From Octopus sinensis (Eukaryota): DNA of 64,000 bases. The translations under genes were made by a program, and so were the position numbers. Positions 11,057 through 26,045 of the stretch are shown here, piece by piece; positions within the stretch are counted from its first letter, which is position 1; every line of letters begins with the position of its first letter. The notes beneath the pieces were generated by a model that saw only the letters and a program-made list of their open reading frames with translations, was not told the DNA's origin and did not search any database. The stretch spans positions 62,001 to 126,000 of the forward strand of contig NW_021832611.1 in the NCBI RefSeq assembly GCF_006345805.1, given 5' to 3'.

Positions 11057-13760
11057 AAGTAAACTCTCTCTAATTTGCCATTTTTGATTCCTGGCGAAAT
11101 CGTGGCCATTTTAGAAATGGCAGATTTCAGAATAAAATTTTTATTTAAATTTCTAATTAATTTATTTAAAATAATTAAACTATTTAAATTAATAATTGTA
11201 TTTTTGTTGGAAATATTATTATTAACCAAGGAATTTAAAAAAATTAAATTTTATTAAAGTAATATTATATGCTCAAATATGTGCCTGATTGGAAGGCGTG
11301 CGGATGCGATGGAACATATAACTTTTTCATCAAGAAAATGGAATCATTACATGAATTCTTGTGTAATGAAGTAATCAGGATAATCAAGGGTGAGTACATG
11401 CCAGAGAGTTGGTTTTACACGGGATTAACTTACTTGATTCCAAAAAAAGATGATTGTGAGAATCCAAAGGATTTACGTCCTATAACGTGTATGCCAACTT
11501 TGTACAAGCTTGTAACGAAGTGTGTAAATGTTAAACTCTGTGACTTTGTGGATGGATTTGGGCTGATTTCAGACAATCAACTCGGAACCAGAAAGCAATG
11601 TCAGGGTGCGAAAGAGCAAGCACTTATTAACCAATGCTTGAACAAGGAATATGGAAACAGTCTGTACTCTTGGGTGGATGTAAAGAAAGCCTTTGACTCG
11701 GTTGATCACCAATTTTTATTTCACATATTGGACAGCTCTGGAATTCCACTCTGGATTATTAACTTTGTGAAAAGTATAGTCAAGAAGTGGAAAGTAAATC
11801 TACATCTTGACGGAAGAAAAATTGGTTCAGTAAAGCTAACCCGATGAATTTTGCAAGGAGATTCATTATCCCCATTGCTATTTGTTATGGTAATGGATCC
11901 CCTAAGCAGGATCCTGAACTCTAAATTTCCCAAATTGCAAATTAATCAGGAGGATCTAAATATGTTGACATATTCTACCAATCACCTATTTTTTATTGAC
12001 GATCTAAAGATATTTGCTCTTAAAGAGGACACTGTTATTAAAATGATGGAAGCTGTTAAAGAATTTTTTGACATTGTTGGCCTGGAGATGAACTCTGAAA
12101 AATCGGCCTCTAATGTCAAATCTTTATCATGCTGTGAGACTTTGGAAGGAATCAATGGATATCGCTATTTGGGCGTATTTGAAGATGGAGGAAGTAATGT
12201 CCTCAAGAATAAAGTTATGAATTCAATAATGGAGAATGTAAAAAAAAGAATAACTATGTTGTCAAAAACAAAGTTGAATTCGGTGAACTTATTCTATGCC
12301 ATAAATGAATATGCATTGTCCCTATATAATTATTATATTGGGCTAATTAATATTGAGCCATATGAATTTGATGACATTGATAAACAAATACGTAGATTGC
12401 TCATGACACTCAAGTTACATCTCCAGCCTGCAAATAAAGAAAGGCTGTATTTAGACCGCAAAACTTTTGGAAGAGGACTTGCCTCCATCTCGTTCAAGAG
12501 CGAATTAATACTCATGCAATTCCTTAAAAGCTTGGAAAAACAGTCGGCTGTGTGTTTGCGAAGGTCGGGGATTCTGCGAGTTATTAAAACAAAGAAATGG
12601 CATTTGGCTACAATCGCAGGATTTCTTACCTCTAAATACGCTATTGCTGACACAGAAAGCATAGATATTAATTTTCTCAAAGACATTCAGAAAAAATATT
12701 TGCTAAACAAATAAAGTCCAAGTCACTACACTCTGTTATGTTCAAATGCCTGGATGAATCAAATGTCGATCTTTCTACTTCCTCAGAATGGTTAGCCAAA
12801 GGAAATAATGGCCCCCGAAGTGAAGCATTATACTGCCTTCTGCAAGATAGAAATTTGTTTTTTGCAAACACGAGGCCGTTATGCAATCACTGTAAAAAAG
12901 TAAACAACTGTTGATCATCTGGCCACTCAGTGTGGTAAAGGCTCAATAGCGATTACCTCCGAAGACATGACGAGGTGGTTAAATGTGTCCATCTTCATAT
13001 TTGTCGAATGTATGGAATCAAAAAGAACAGGAAATTAAAGACTCATTCAGTTCAGTCGATATTGTCAACTCAAAATGTAGAAATTAGAGTTGACACGTCA
13101 ATTATAACAGAAAATAAAGTCCTAATTAAATATTTTAACCTTAATTAAATTTTGGTTTCGTAAATAAACGTGTTGTTATTAAAGTAATATTCAATTCTCA
13201 ATTGCCTCTTTTTGGAATTTTTAATATTTCCTTTATATCTTCTTATTGCAGTAATGAATTCCGCATCATTGTCATTTTCAATGTTTTCTAGAAGGCTAAT
13301 TTCAATCTCTCTTAATTTGTAATGCATTTCAGCCTTGCTTAATGATTTATGCAATTATACACGACCCGATTTTTCTTGTTCCTCAATAGAAATTAATTTC
13401 TCCTCATGATCAATTGCCTCCTTTTCACTGTAATCTATTGAAATAAATTCTTCTATTCCAATTGGATCATAAATATCTGTTTTGCTTACAATTTCAGCTG
13501 GTATATTTATGTTAAGAAGTTGTAATTCACATTCTGTACATTTTAGACGTTTGAAACAGTTTGAAATCGTTTGAGATTTCACATCTTTCCATGCCATCTT
13601 TACAAACAATACAGTATCTCTAAGAGTTAACTTTTTATACGATTCATAGACTGAGTATTTCTCACATTCCAATATATATCCTCTTAGGAAACAGAAGGCT
13701 GCTATGGACCTCTTTCTGTTCTCGGAAATGTAAAGTAGGTAACTTGGGTTTTCACTCCAA
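11057..13760 (-). mobile_element. pogo/Tigger-like transposon remnant interrupted by a non-LTR insertion
   Basis: DDE_1 C-terminus LTLRDTVLFVKMAWKDVKSQTISNCFK...KKRQLRIEYYFN resumes as EYYFNKI* across the TSD; terminus-like AAGTAAACTCTCTCTAATTTGCC near 11057. Confidence 0.7.
11267..13175 (+). mobile_element. R4/Dong/NeSL-like (RLE-class) non-LTR retrotransposon, truncated at both ends
   Basis: RT motifs LRPITCMPTLYK, DVKKAFDSVDH, ILQGDSLSPLLF and LFFIDDLK; CCHC knuckle (CNHC...H.ATQC, RRHDEVV); stop at 11845; 16-bp TSD TTATTAAAGTAATATT at 11251-11266 and 13176-13191. Confidence 0.9.
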
Positions 13761-14265
13761 ATCATCTAAATTCTTTGTTTAAGATCTGAAATTCTTAATG
13801 ATTACTTTTGTTAATTCAATAATTTTTTAAATTATTAAAATTTGAAAAAAGTAACTCAGTTAACAAGAACGCGGAAATTAAACAAAGAAATTTTCATCAA
13901 TCAGGTGATTGAGCGTCATAGTAACGAACATAAAAATGTAAGATTACTCTATGCGAATTTTTTTCACAATTAACCTCAATTAATTCAATTCAAATCCTTT
14001 AGTTTTATAACTATTTGTTGATTGCTAAAAAGACTATAAAATATAGATATTGACTAAATCGAAAACCGAAACTAAACATAAAAATAGATAATAAAATTTA
14101 CAAACATTGTCCCAAACAGTCTCTTATAATATAAATTCAGTTTTCAACAGAGTCTGTATTTAACCGCTACATATGATTCTGTGCAAACTCTTCCGGTCCT
14201 TATTTATGTGACGAAAAGGGTTTAGACGAGATGACCTTCTTCCAGTATAGAAGCAACGTCTCCTA

Positions 14266-16256
14266 TCTTAATAATAAAATGGTATGGTGTGTGTCTGTCT
14301 GTCTGTCTGTCTGTGTGTCTGTCTGTGTGTCTGTCTGTCTGTCTGTCTGTGTGTGCACACCAACTTCAAATTGGCAATACGATGTCCTCGACTTACATGA
14401 TGAGGTCCTTAAAACCTTCCCCCCAAAAAAATTAAAAAAAATTTTTCTGCGTTTTGGTCAAAATGAACAACTACGATGTCCTCGACTTACATGATGAGGT
14501 CCTTAAAACCTTCCCCCCAAAAAAAATTAAAAAAAAATTTTCTGCATTTTGGTTAAAATGAACAACTACAATGTCCTCGACTTACATGATGAGGTCCTTA
14601 AAACCTTCCCCCCAAAAAAATTAAAAAAAAATTTTCTGCATTTTGGTTAAAATGAACAACTACAATGTCCTCGACTTACATGATGAGGTCCTTAAAACCT
14701 TCCCCCCCAAAAAAATTAAAAAAAAATTTTCTGCATTTTGGTTAAAATGAACAACTACGATGTCCTCGACTTACATGATGAGGTCCTTAAAACCTTCCCC
14801 CCAAAAAAATTAAAAAAAAATTTTCTGCATTTGGTTAAAATGAACAACTACAATGTCCTCGACTTACATGATGAAGTCCTTAAAACCTTCCCCCCCAAAA
14901 AAATTAAAAAAAAATTTTCTGCATTTTGGTTAAAATGAACAACTACAATGTCCTCGACTTACATGATGAAGTCCTTAAAACCTTCCCCCCCAAAAAAATT
15001 AAAAAAAAATTTTCTGCATTTTGGTTAAAATGAACAACTACAATGTCCTCGACTTACATGATGAGTCCTTAAAACCTTTCTCCCAAAAAATCAAAAAATT
15101 ATTTTCTGCATTTTGATTAAAATGAACAACGCGAATGTCCTCGACATTCATGATGAGGTCCATTAAAACCTTCAAGGCAAAAATCTCACGTATTAAGAAT
15201 ATCCTTGATGAAAACGACAGCGAGAATATTAACAATGATGAACTCCCAATTATTCGCGATAAAGAAATTCAATTCATCCTATGTTTTTCTCTTTAAAATT
15301 AAATGCATATATCATTATCGACCACGAATCAAAATTAAAGCTATTATCATATTTGACTTTGACAGAATGTGCAATCACAGATTGCACGACTTTGAATAGA
15401 GTGTGCAATTAACAGATTTTGAAAAACCACTTTGATAGTTGAAACCACATTAGCACAATCATTAACACAATTTACCACCAATTGACGCACGACCTTGAAT
15501 AGAGTGTGCAATTAACAGATTTTGAAAAACACTTTGATAGTTGAAACCACATTAGCACAACCATTAACACAATTTACCACCAATTGACAGCGCAATCAGA
15601 AGAATTTGCGTAAAAATATTAACTATTTACTTGAGTTTTTCGTAAAGATAGAATTTATTTTCGGTATGCCTCTTTTCCTAAACTTTTTTATTATTCAAAA
15701 ATAATTTTTTAAATAGATAACCGAAGGAGGAAAACGAAGCTGAAGAAAAAACGGTCAGCTTAATAAGGTAATTAATTAAATCTTTTTTGTGTGTCGCTTT
15801 TTTGTGTGTCGCTTTCTTGCCTGCCGCATTTCCGCCTGCCGCATCTCCCCCTGCCCCATTTCCGCCAGTAAAAACAAAGAGAAAAAAAAGGAAATTACAA
15901 AGGAAAAATGAAAAAATTAAATATAAAAAAAAATAAACCACAAAAATGAAAAAAAAGTGTGCAATGACAATAAACAAGGCCCAGGGACAGTCATTAAGGT
16001 AGTTGGGTTATTTTTAGAGAGTGAGTGCTTTTCACATGGACAGCTGTATGTGGGATGCTCGAGGGTAGGCAAAGAGAAAATTTATTCATATATGCCAAGG
16101 AAGGACGGACAACAAACATCGTTTATCAACAGGCGATAGAATAGGGTTACATTTAACCAGGTAGTTTTATACATCTACATAAACTTATAGTTGTTTGATG
16201 AAACAGGCCCTCCGCAGGAGCTAGGTCGCGGTGAGCGAAGCGAGCTGCCGAGCTAG
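14266..16256 (+). mobile_element. non-autonomous Helitron copy 1
   Basis: 5' TCTTAATAATAAAATGG, (GTCT/GT)n microsatellite, 95-bp repeats, PIF1 helicase tail (AMTINKAQG...FSHGQLYVGCSRV), GC-rich subterminal motif and 3' CTAG; inserted between A and T; empty site at 55039/55040. Confidence 0.9.
14375..15160. repeat. ~95-bp minisatellite inside Helitron copy 1 (9 units)
   Basis: GTCCTCGAC recurs near 14384, 14478, 14573, 14667, 14762, 14855, 14950, 15045 and 15137. Confidence 0.95.
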
Positions 16257-19200
16257 TGTCGAATAAAACAAAGCAAAGTTCACTTATATTTGAAACAATT
16301 TTTAAAAAACATTACAAATTGATTGAATATAAATGAAAATGTAATTTTTTAAAAGTTATTTTTTTAATCATTGACTTTGGAATTGTCTTCCTTTCACCAG
16401 ATGTGCAATTCTCAACGAGAACGGAATGCAGAGAAACTTCTTCCACTACTAGAAATTGTTCCTTGCTAAAAAAACTAGTGAGTGGATATTTTCTTGTTTT
16501 TATATTTTTATCGAAATCAATTTTAATTGTAACATTATCTCCAATTGTGATATCTTTTTTTCGAAAATTTTTATTTGCGTCTTCTGTAACTTTCTTTTAT
16601 ACTTTTAATTATGAGTTTTTACTTCTAAGGATAATTCCGTTTCTTCCGATTCTGAGTTAATCTCTTCTTCTTCTCGCCTCCACATGGCAAAATATAAAAC
16701 CCGTTATTCCGTAAAATAGACTGGGTAAATAAAAAGAGACTAACCAAAATGGTGACTTTCCAGTTCCGCGATGACAAGTTATGTTGTATTTATACACCTT
16801 CTGTAGAATTTCTCTCCACCTTATATATTCTGTTGCGACAAAGTCTTCCCCACTAACGTTTGAGAGTTTGGTTATATCTTTCTATTTGTCCTTGAGATTG
16901 TGGGTGCCTTGGTCTTCCATATATCGGAGTTATTTCCAATCATCAAAAAGTTTTGAAACTTCTTTGTTGCGGAATTCCTTTCCATTGTCCGAATGAAAAT
17001 AAATTGGAGGACCGACAGTCTGGAATAAACTCTCAATTGCATTATAGATGCTTTGTGATGTTTTATTCTCTAACGCGAACTTTAAAATATAGACATTTTA
17101 TCCCCAATTCGACCCATTTCCTATCTAATTCAACAAAAATAAAATTTCAATTTTTTTGCCTACCAGAAAAACATGCGGGTACATTTTACCATAATTTCAT
17201 CCGTATCCCCGTATAGGACGTTATTTAACCAAAATTAGGCGACACAAATAAAATTTATTCCCAAAATCATAATGATTTGGAGTGATAAATCCGATTTATT
17301 ACTCCGGACACTTAGTTTAACCAAAATTAGGCGACACAAATAAAATTTATTCCCAAAATCATAATGATTTGGAGTGATAAATCCGATTATCACTCCGGAC
17401 ACTTAAACTGGCCCGGACGCTATAACTTACGACAATTCTTATAAAACACGGGCTCAATACTCCGTTAAGCAATTAAATAGTTAATTAATTTTTTTATTAA
17501 TAAGGATAAATCGAGTTAGTATGAAAAACATGCAACTTTCATCATCGTACATGATTATATTCATCATGATTATCTTCATGAAACGGTCGTCTGAATTGAA
17601 ATTGAATTTTTCTAGAATCTAAAAAGAAAATCTTACTTCGAGTTTTTTTCCTGGAGATAAATTCGGTCTCTAACAATTAAAAATCAATAAATACTAGGTT
17701 TGTTTATTCGAGGAACAGCTATTTCCTCTCCTGTCTATAAATTAGTAATTAAATTTTAGACTATCCGATAGAATGCATCATCTTTTGATATATGAGACTG
17801 GAAGGTTTTAAAAATAAAACACAAATGAATATGGGGAATAAACACATAATGTATTATTTGAAAAAATTTACTTAAATACTCCAATGTATGTACTAAATTT
17901 TGTACTTTAGTTTTCATTTATTTTTAAAGTACTTTTGACATTATTTAGATAAGGTACATTATCAAATAAAAAACTAGTTTTTTACTGACACACCTGATTA
18001 TAACCATTAAATTATAGAAGTACTTCTTTTAAAATTGAAAAAACTAGCAGTTGATTTATTGACTAATTATTGAATTCGTCAATGTCATGAATCGATGATT
18101 TCAAACCCAGATTACTGTTCTTATCAAATTTTAGATACTGGATTGAATTTCTAAATATTAATCATAAAAAGGTATGGTGTGTGCGCACCGACTTCAAACT
18201 AGCAAATTACAGCTGAATTGTAAAAATCCTTTCCTTATAATTAAAAACATTCATATAAAACAGGGTTTCCCAAAGTGGGCGATACAAAATTTTAAGGTGG
18301 CGTTTATGACTAAATCGTTTACTCGTGGGGATATATATTTAAAGGGGGAGATGAAATTTATTTATAAATATTAGATTATATTGAGATATTAGATTTTTAG
18401 AATGGAAGCCTATTTTAAACACTTGTTTTATTTTAATTTGTGTTGGTGTTTTAATGGACCCAAATTTGTCTGTTTGTAGAATAACTCGTCAGTATAATAT
18501 TATGTATATAAAATATGGTTTCACTACAACTCCTATTGAAGAAAAACGAACTTTTTGTTTGATATGCGAAAGTCGTATTCTAACGAGGCTGTCAAGCTTT
18601 CTAGATTAAGTCATTATTTAAGAAAGGTTCATATTTGTATTTTATGATAATATAGGTTTATCCAATTTAATCTAACCAGCCGCTTGAGTTTTTTTAGGCC
18701 TACTTACAAAACACAAAAATCAACAGAAATGGGCAAATATTTACTTTTGATCATAAAATGAATGATGGTGGTCTTATTGCATAATATTGCTTTACTCTCA
18801 TCGCTAAATCTGGTAAACCCACACAATTGGCGAAGAACTTCTAATTCCATCAATTCTCGAAGTACTAACAACGGTTATGCACCAACCTCATCAGATTATC
18901 ATTAAGTCGATTCCACTGAGTACAACACGGTACAGAGACGTATTGGATAGGCGAATATTCCTGAAAATATTCTGTGTTTGAAGCATAGTAATAAAGGAAA
19001 TTATAGTTAACGTAGAAAACATCGAAGAGGACTGATTTGTAATATTTTTAAAAATATTCTTATTCTACTATAATTCTTATAAAACACGGAAAAACTTACA
19101 AAATTTCAAATTTCCGTTTGCTTAGCTCAAAAATTATGTAAATTATTATAAATAAATATACAAATATCAAGTTATTAAGCTTTAAATTTTGATTTTCTGA

Positions 19201-22200
19201 GAGCTGAGAATAATCAATAAATCCCTAATAAAAACTCACTCATACATGATGATATCTATTAAAAAATAGTGTTGTTTGAGCAGAAAGCGGAATAAGTAGG
19301 GCAGAAATGCATCCTTTCTTCACTTTAAAGGCTCAATACTTTGTTAAGCAATTAAATAGTTAATTAGTTTTTTATTAATAAAGGATAAATCGTGTTAGTA
19401 TGAAAATCATGCAACTTTCATCATCGTACATGATTATTTTCATCATAATTATCTTCGTGAAAACGGTCGTCTAAATATAAATTGTGTTTTTCTATCTTAC
19501 TTCGAGGTCTTTTCCTGGAAATAAATTCGGTATCTAACAATTAAAAAATCAATAAATACTAGGTTTGTTTTTTAGGAACACCTGTTTCCTCTCCTGTCTA
19601 TAAAATTAGTAACTAATTTTCAGACTATCGGATAGAATGCATCATCTTTTGATATATGAGACTGGTAGGTTTTAAAAATAAAAACACAAATGAATATGGC
19701 GAATAAACACATAATGTATTATTTGAAAAAAATTACTTAAATACTCCAATGTATGTACTAAATTTTGTACTTTAGTTTTCATTTATTTTTAAAGTACTTT
19801 TGACATTATTTACTTTTAAAGTACTTTTGACATTATTTAGATAAGGTACATTATCGAATAAAAAACTAGTTTTTTATTGACACACCTGATTATAACCATT
19901 AAATTATAGAAGTACTTCTTTTAAAATTGAAAAAACTAGCAGTTGATTTATTGACTAATTATTGAATTCGTCAATGTCATGAATCGATGATTTCAAAACC
20001 CAGATTACTGTTCTTATCAAATTTTAGATATTGGATTGAATTTCTAAATATTAATCATAAAAAGGTATGGTGTGTGGCGCACCGACTTCAAACTAGCAAA
20101 TTACAGCTGAATTGTAAAAATCCTTTCCTTATAATTAAAAACATTCATATAAAACAGGGTTTCCCAAAGTGGGCGATACAAAATTTTAAGGTGGCGTTTA
20201 TGACTAATCGTTTACTCGTGGGGATATATATTTAAAGGGGGAGATGAAAATTATTTATAAATATTAGATTATATTGAGATATTAGATTTTTAGAATGGAA
20301 GCCTATTTTAAACACTTGTTTTATTTTAATTTGTGTTGGTGTTTTAATGGACCCAAATTTGTCTGTTTGTAGAATAACTCGTCAGTATAATATTATGTAT
20401 ATAAAATATGGTTTCACTACAACTCCTATTGAGAAAACGAACTTTTTGTTTGATATGCGAAAGTCGTATTCTAACGAGGCTGTCAAGCTTTCTAGATTAA
20501 GTCATTATTTAAGAAAGGTTCATATTTGTATTTTATGATAATATAGGTTTATCCAATTTAATCTAACCAGCCGCTTGAGTTTTTTTAGGCCTACTTACAA
20601 AACACAAAAATCAACAGAAATGGGCAAATATATTTACTTTTGATCATAAAATGAATGATGGTGGTCTTATTGCATAATATTGCTTTACTCATCGCTAAAT
20701 CTGGTAAACCCCACACAATTGGCGAAGAACTTCTAATTCCATCAATTCTCGAAGTACTAACAACGGTTATGCACCAACCTCATCAGATTATCATTAAGTC
20801 GATTCCACTGAGTAACAACACGGTACAGAGACGTATTGGATAGGCGAATATTCCTGAAAAATATTCTGTGTTTGAAGCATAGTAATAAAGGAAATTATAG
20901 TTAACGTAGAAAACATCGGAAGAGGACTGATTTGTAATATTTTTAAAAATATTCTTATTCTACTATAATTCTTATAAAACACGGAAAAACTTACAAAATT
21001 TCAAATTTCCGTTTGCTTAGCTCAAAAATTATGTAAATTATTATAAATAAATATACAAATATCAAGTTATTAAGCTTTAAATTTTGATTTTCTGAGAGCT
21101 GAGAATAATCAATAAATCCCTAATAAAAACTCACTCATACATGATGATATCTATTAAAAAAATAGTGTTGTTTGAGCAGAAAGCGGAATAAGTAGGGCAG
21201 AAATGCATCCTTTCTTCACTTTAAAGGCTCAATACTTTGTTAAGCAATTAAATAGTTAATTAGTTTTTTTATTAATAAAGGATAAATCGTGTTAGTATGA
21301 AAATCATGCAACTTTCATCATCGTACATGATTATTTTCATCATAATTATCTTCGTGAAAACGGTCGTCTAAATATAAATTGTGTTTTTCTATCTTACTTC
21401 GAGGTCTTTTCCTGGAAATAAATTCGGTATCTAACAATTAAAAAATCAATAAATACTAGGTTTGTTTATTCGAGGAACACCTGTTTCCTCTCCTGTCTAT
21501 AAAATTAGTAACTAATTTTCAGACTATCGGATAGAATGCATCATCTTTTGATATATGAGACTGGTAGGTTTTAAAAATAAAAACACAAATGAATATGGCG
21601 AATAAACACATAATGTATTATTTGAAAAAAATTACTTAAATACTCCAATGTATGTACTAAATTTTGTACTTTAGTTTTCATTTATTTTTAAAGTACTTTT
21701 GACATTATTTACTTTAAAGTACTTTTGACATTATTTAGATAAGGTACATTATCGAATAAAAAACTAGTTTTTTATTGACACACCTGATTATAACCATTTA
21801 ATTATAGAAGTACTTCTTTTAAATTGAAAAAACTAGCAGTTGATTTATTGACTAATTATTGAATTCGTCAATGTCATGAATCGATGATTTCAAAACCCAG
21901 ATTACTGTTCTTATCAAATTTTAGATACTGGATTGAATTTCTAAATATTATCATAAAATGGTATGGTGTGTGCGCACCGACTTCAAACTAGCAAATTACT
22001 GCTGAATTGTAAAAATCCTTTCCTTATAATTAAAAACATTCATATAAACAGGGTTTCCCAAGTGGGCGATACAAAATTTTAAGGTGGCGTTTATGACTAA
22101 ATCGTTTACTCGTGGCGATATATATTTAAGGGGGATATGAAAATTATTTATAAATATTAGATTATATTGAGATATTAGATTTTTAGAATGGAAAGCCTAT

Positions 22201-24742
22201 TTTAAAACTTGTTTTATTTTAATTTGCGTTGGTGTTTTAATCGACCCAAATTTGTCTGTTTGTAGAATAACTTGTCAGTATAATATTATGTATATAATAT
22301 ATGGTTTCACTACAACTCTATTGAAGAAAAACGAACTTTTTGTTTGATATGCGAAAGTCGTTTTCTAACGAGGCTGTCAAGGCTTCTAGATTAAGTCGTC
22401 ATTTAAGAAAGGTTCATATTTGTATTTTATGAAAATATAGGTTTATCCAATTTAATCTAACCAGCCGCTTGAGTTTTTTAAGGACTACTCACAAAACATA
22501 AAAATCAACAGAAATGGGCATTATATTCACTTTTGTTCATAAAATGAATGACGATGGTCTTATTGCATATTATAATATTGCTTTACTCATCGCTAAATCT
22601 GGTATACCCCACACAATTGGCGAAGAACTTCTAATTCCATCAATTCGCGAAGTACTAACAACGGTTATGCACCAACCTCATCAGATTATCATTAAGTCGA
22701 TTCCACTGAGTAACAACACGGTACAGAGACGTATTGGATAGGCGAATATTCCTGAAAAATATTCTGTGTTTGAAGCATAGTAATAAAGAAAATTATAGTT
22801 AACGTAGAAAACATCGGAAGAGGACTGATTTGTAATATTTTTTAAAATATTCTCATTCTACTATAATTCTTATAAAACACGGAAAAACTTACAAAATTTC
22901 AAATTTCCGTTTGCTTGGCTCAAAAATTATGTAAATTATTATAAATAAATATACAAATATCATGTTATTAAGCTTTAAATTTTGATTTTCTGAGAGCTGA
23001 GAATAATCAATAAATCCCTAATAAAAACTCACTCATACATGATGATATCTATTAAAAAAATAGTGTTGTTTGAGCAGAAAGCGGAATAAGTAGGGCAGAA
23101 TGCATCCTTTCTTCACTTTAAAGGCTCAATACTTGTTAAGCAATTAAATAGTTAATTAGTTTTTTATTAATAAAGGATAATCGTGTTAGTATGAAAATCA
23201 TGCAACTTTCATCATCGTACATGATTATTTTCATCATAATTATCTTCGTGAAAACGGTCGTCTAAATATAAATTGTGTTTTTCTATCTTACTTCGAGGTC
23301 TTTTCCTGGAAATAAATTCGGTATCTAACAATTAAAAAATCAATAAATACTAGGTTTGTTTATTCGAGGACACCTGTTTCCTCTCCTGTCTATAAAATTA
23401 GTAACTAATTTTCAGACTATCGATAGAATGCATCATCTTTTGATATATGAGACTGGTAGGTTTTAAAAATAAAAAACAAATGAATATGGCGAATAAACAC
23501 TAATGTATTATTTGAAAAAAATTACTTAAATACTCCAATGTATGTACTAAATTTTGTACTTTAGTTTTCATTTATTTTTAAAGTACTTTTGACATTATTT
23601 AGATAAGGTACATTATCGAATAAAAAACTAGTTTTTTATTGACACACCTGATTATAACCATTAAATTATAGAAGTACTTCTTTTAAAATTGAAAAAAACT
23701 AGCAGTTGATTTATTGACTAATTATTGAATTCGTCAATGTCATGAATCGATGATTTCAAAACCCAGATTACTGTTCTTATCAAATTTTAGATACTGGATT
23801 GAATTTCTAAATATTAATCATAAAATGGTATGGTGTGTGCGCACCGACTTCAAACTAGCAAATTACAGCTGAATTGTAAAAATCCTTTCCTTATAATTAA
23901 AAATTCATATAAAACAGGTTTCCCAAAGTGGGCGATACAAAATTTTAAGGTGGCGTTTATGACTAAATCGTTACTCGTGGCGATATATATTTAAAGGGGG
24001 ATATGAAAATTATTTATAAATATTAGATTATATTGATATTAGATTTTTAGAATGGAAAGCCTATTTTAAAAAACTTGTTTTATTTTAATTTGTGTTGGTG
24101 TTTTAATCGACCCAAATTTGATTGAAGAAAACGAACTTTTTTTGTTTGATATGCGAAAGTCGTTTTCTAACGAGGCTGTCAAGGCTTCTAGATTAAGTCG
24201 TCATTTAAGAAAGGTTCATATTTGTATTTTATGAAAATATAGGTTTATCCAATTTAATCTAACCAGCCGCTTGAGTTTTTTAAGGACTACTCACAAAACA
24301 TAAAAATCAACAGAAATGGGCAAATATATTCACTTTTGTTCATAAAATGAATGATGATGGTCTTATTGCATATTATAATATTGCTTTACTCATCGCTAAA
24401 TCTGGTATACCCCACACAATTGGCGAAGAACTTCTAATTCCATCAATTCGCGAAGTACTGACAACGGTTATGCACCAACCTCATCAGAATATCATTAAGT
24501 CGATTCTACTGAGTAACAACACGGTACATATACGTATTGGATAGGTGGATATTCCTGAAAAATATTCTGTGTTTGAAGTATAGTAATAAAGGAAATTATA
24601 CTTAACATAGAAAACATTGGAAGAGAACTCATTTGTAAAATTTTTAAAAATGTACTCATTCTACTATAATTCTTATAGAACACGAAAAATTTACAAAATT
24701 TCAAATTTACGTTTACTTAGCTCAAAAATTATGTGAATTATT

Positions 24743-26045
24743 GGGAGATCGTCACCTTTCTCGGGGATCCCTGTCCGACACAAAGCTCCGATGCATGCTT
24801 TCTGCCAAAACCGAATACTTTCAAAGAATTTCAACAAATCTATCTATCTTGGACTCGCACACTGACTTTTCCTCCTGAAGAACATCATCCATCTGTCGAA
24901 ACTCATTTTCACCCTCAGAAGCAATCCCTGCTTCCTGCATATGGACCTTCTCCTCGCATACGACGCCATCCTGAAAAAGGCTGCTGAATCCGTCCTCGAC
25001 GTCCACCTCGATGTCCGGGATGGGCCCCAATGCTCGCTCCCACTGAGATTCGGTGGTGCGGAAATCCGTACGGCATCCGATTTGGCACTTCTGGCATATC
25101 TATCCTCCCTTTCGATGTGCAACACCTGGCCTCTGAGATCCTACTCAACCTTTTGGATCTTGCCTGGACGGTGCTTTTCCGGCTGGGCTCACTACCTGGG
25201 ATCGCTCCTTTTCTGAGAGGCCTGGAGATTTCTCCTCCCAACGCGCCTGGGACACTATTGCATGCCGAGCGCGTGTTCTGAGCTCTCGGCAACCCTTGAC
25301 CACAACCGCCTGGCATGCCTTCGTGCGGTATCCGCCCCTCACTCTGGCAGCTGGCTGAATGCTCTTCCTCTTTTCAGCATCGGGACGTGGCTAGACGATG
25401 CTGCCATACGCATCGGAGTCGCTCACCGTCTCGGCCTGGATGTTTGCGCAAAACACCGCTGCAGATGCGGTGAGGACGTTGACGAAAAGGGACTGCATCC
25501 ACTTTCCTGCAAGAGGAGCGCAGGCAGGGAACACAGACACAAGGCCCTCAATAAAATCGTGAAGGCCGGTCTCGAATCGGCGGGCCATTCGTGCCTCCTC
25601 CTCGAACCGGTCGGACTCGATCGGGGAGATGGCAAAGACCTGACGGGATGACAATATTCCCATACTCGTAGGGAAGGCCGTCGTATTGGATGTTACCGTT
25701 GTGGATACCTTTTCAAAATCGAAGATCCATTCTTCCGCCGCAACCCTTATTGGCTGCAAACCACGCCGAAAAATCAAATACAAAAAAATTCTTTGCTCGC
25801 GGACTGCTACCGCGTTACGGCAATCGCACTGGAGACCGCTGGAGCTGCGGGAAAGGAGACTGACTCGTTCCTCAACGAGGTCGGGCAGTCCATTGGGAGG
25901 AGCCTCAAGGACACGAGAGAGGGCCTCTGGTTCCACCACCAGCGAATCGTTCTGGCCATTGTTCGGGGCAACGCACACTCGTCCTTGTTGCTGGTCTTAA
26001 CGAATTTCGTTGTTAATTAAATAACTCTTTTTGAAAAAATTTGTT
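24743..26045 (+). mobile_element. 5'-truncated CRE-clade non-LTR retrotransposon
   Basis: SLPLRFGG, HSGSWLNALP, CRCGEDVDEKGLHPLSC, HRHKALN, DVTVVDTFS, LETAG, IAIVRGN; 16-bp TSD AATTATGTGAATTATT at 24727-24742 and 26046-26061. Confidence 0.85.

Larger units (their letters stand above)
13750..17434 (-). mobile_element. Ginger2/TDD-like integrase transposon, family A copy 1 (left end lost, Helitron inserted)
   Basis: Near-identical to 54520-56551; rve remnant (GPPIYFHSDNGKEF...HPQSQGQIE); right TIR ends ...CTTACGACA at 17434; tandem duplication of about 89 bp at 17224-17405. Confidence 0.85.

Noticed and set aside
14375-15160. 95-bp repeats as a CRISPR array or a repeat-protein ORF (MNNYNVLDLHDEVLKTFPPKK...)
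   Set aside because: Units are contiguous with no unique spacers, frames shift with homopolymer length, the context is eukaryotic, and they lie inside Helitrons.
15678-15977. ORFs with GGNGAGGDAAGGNAAGKKATHKK or Phe-rich stretches (also 58003-58338)
   Set aside because: Translations of low-complexity Helitron filler, not genes.
17500-17900. GT-AG-bounded short segments on the minus strand of the tandem unit, suggesting a captured spliced gene
   Set aside because: Every splice combination I tried hit a stop; no coherent protein. Left as unexplained.
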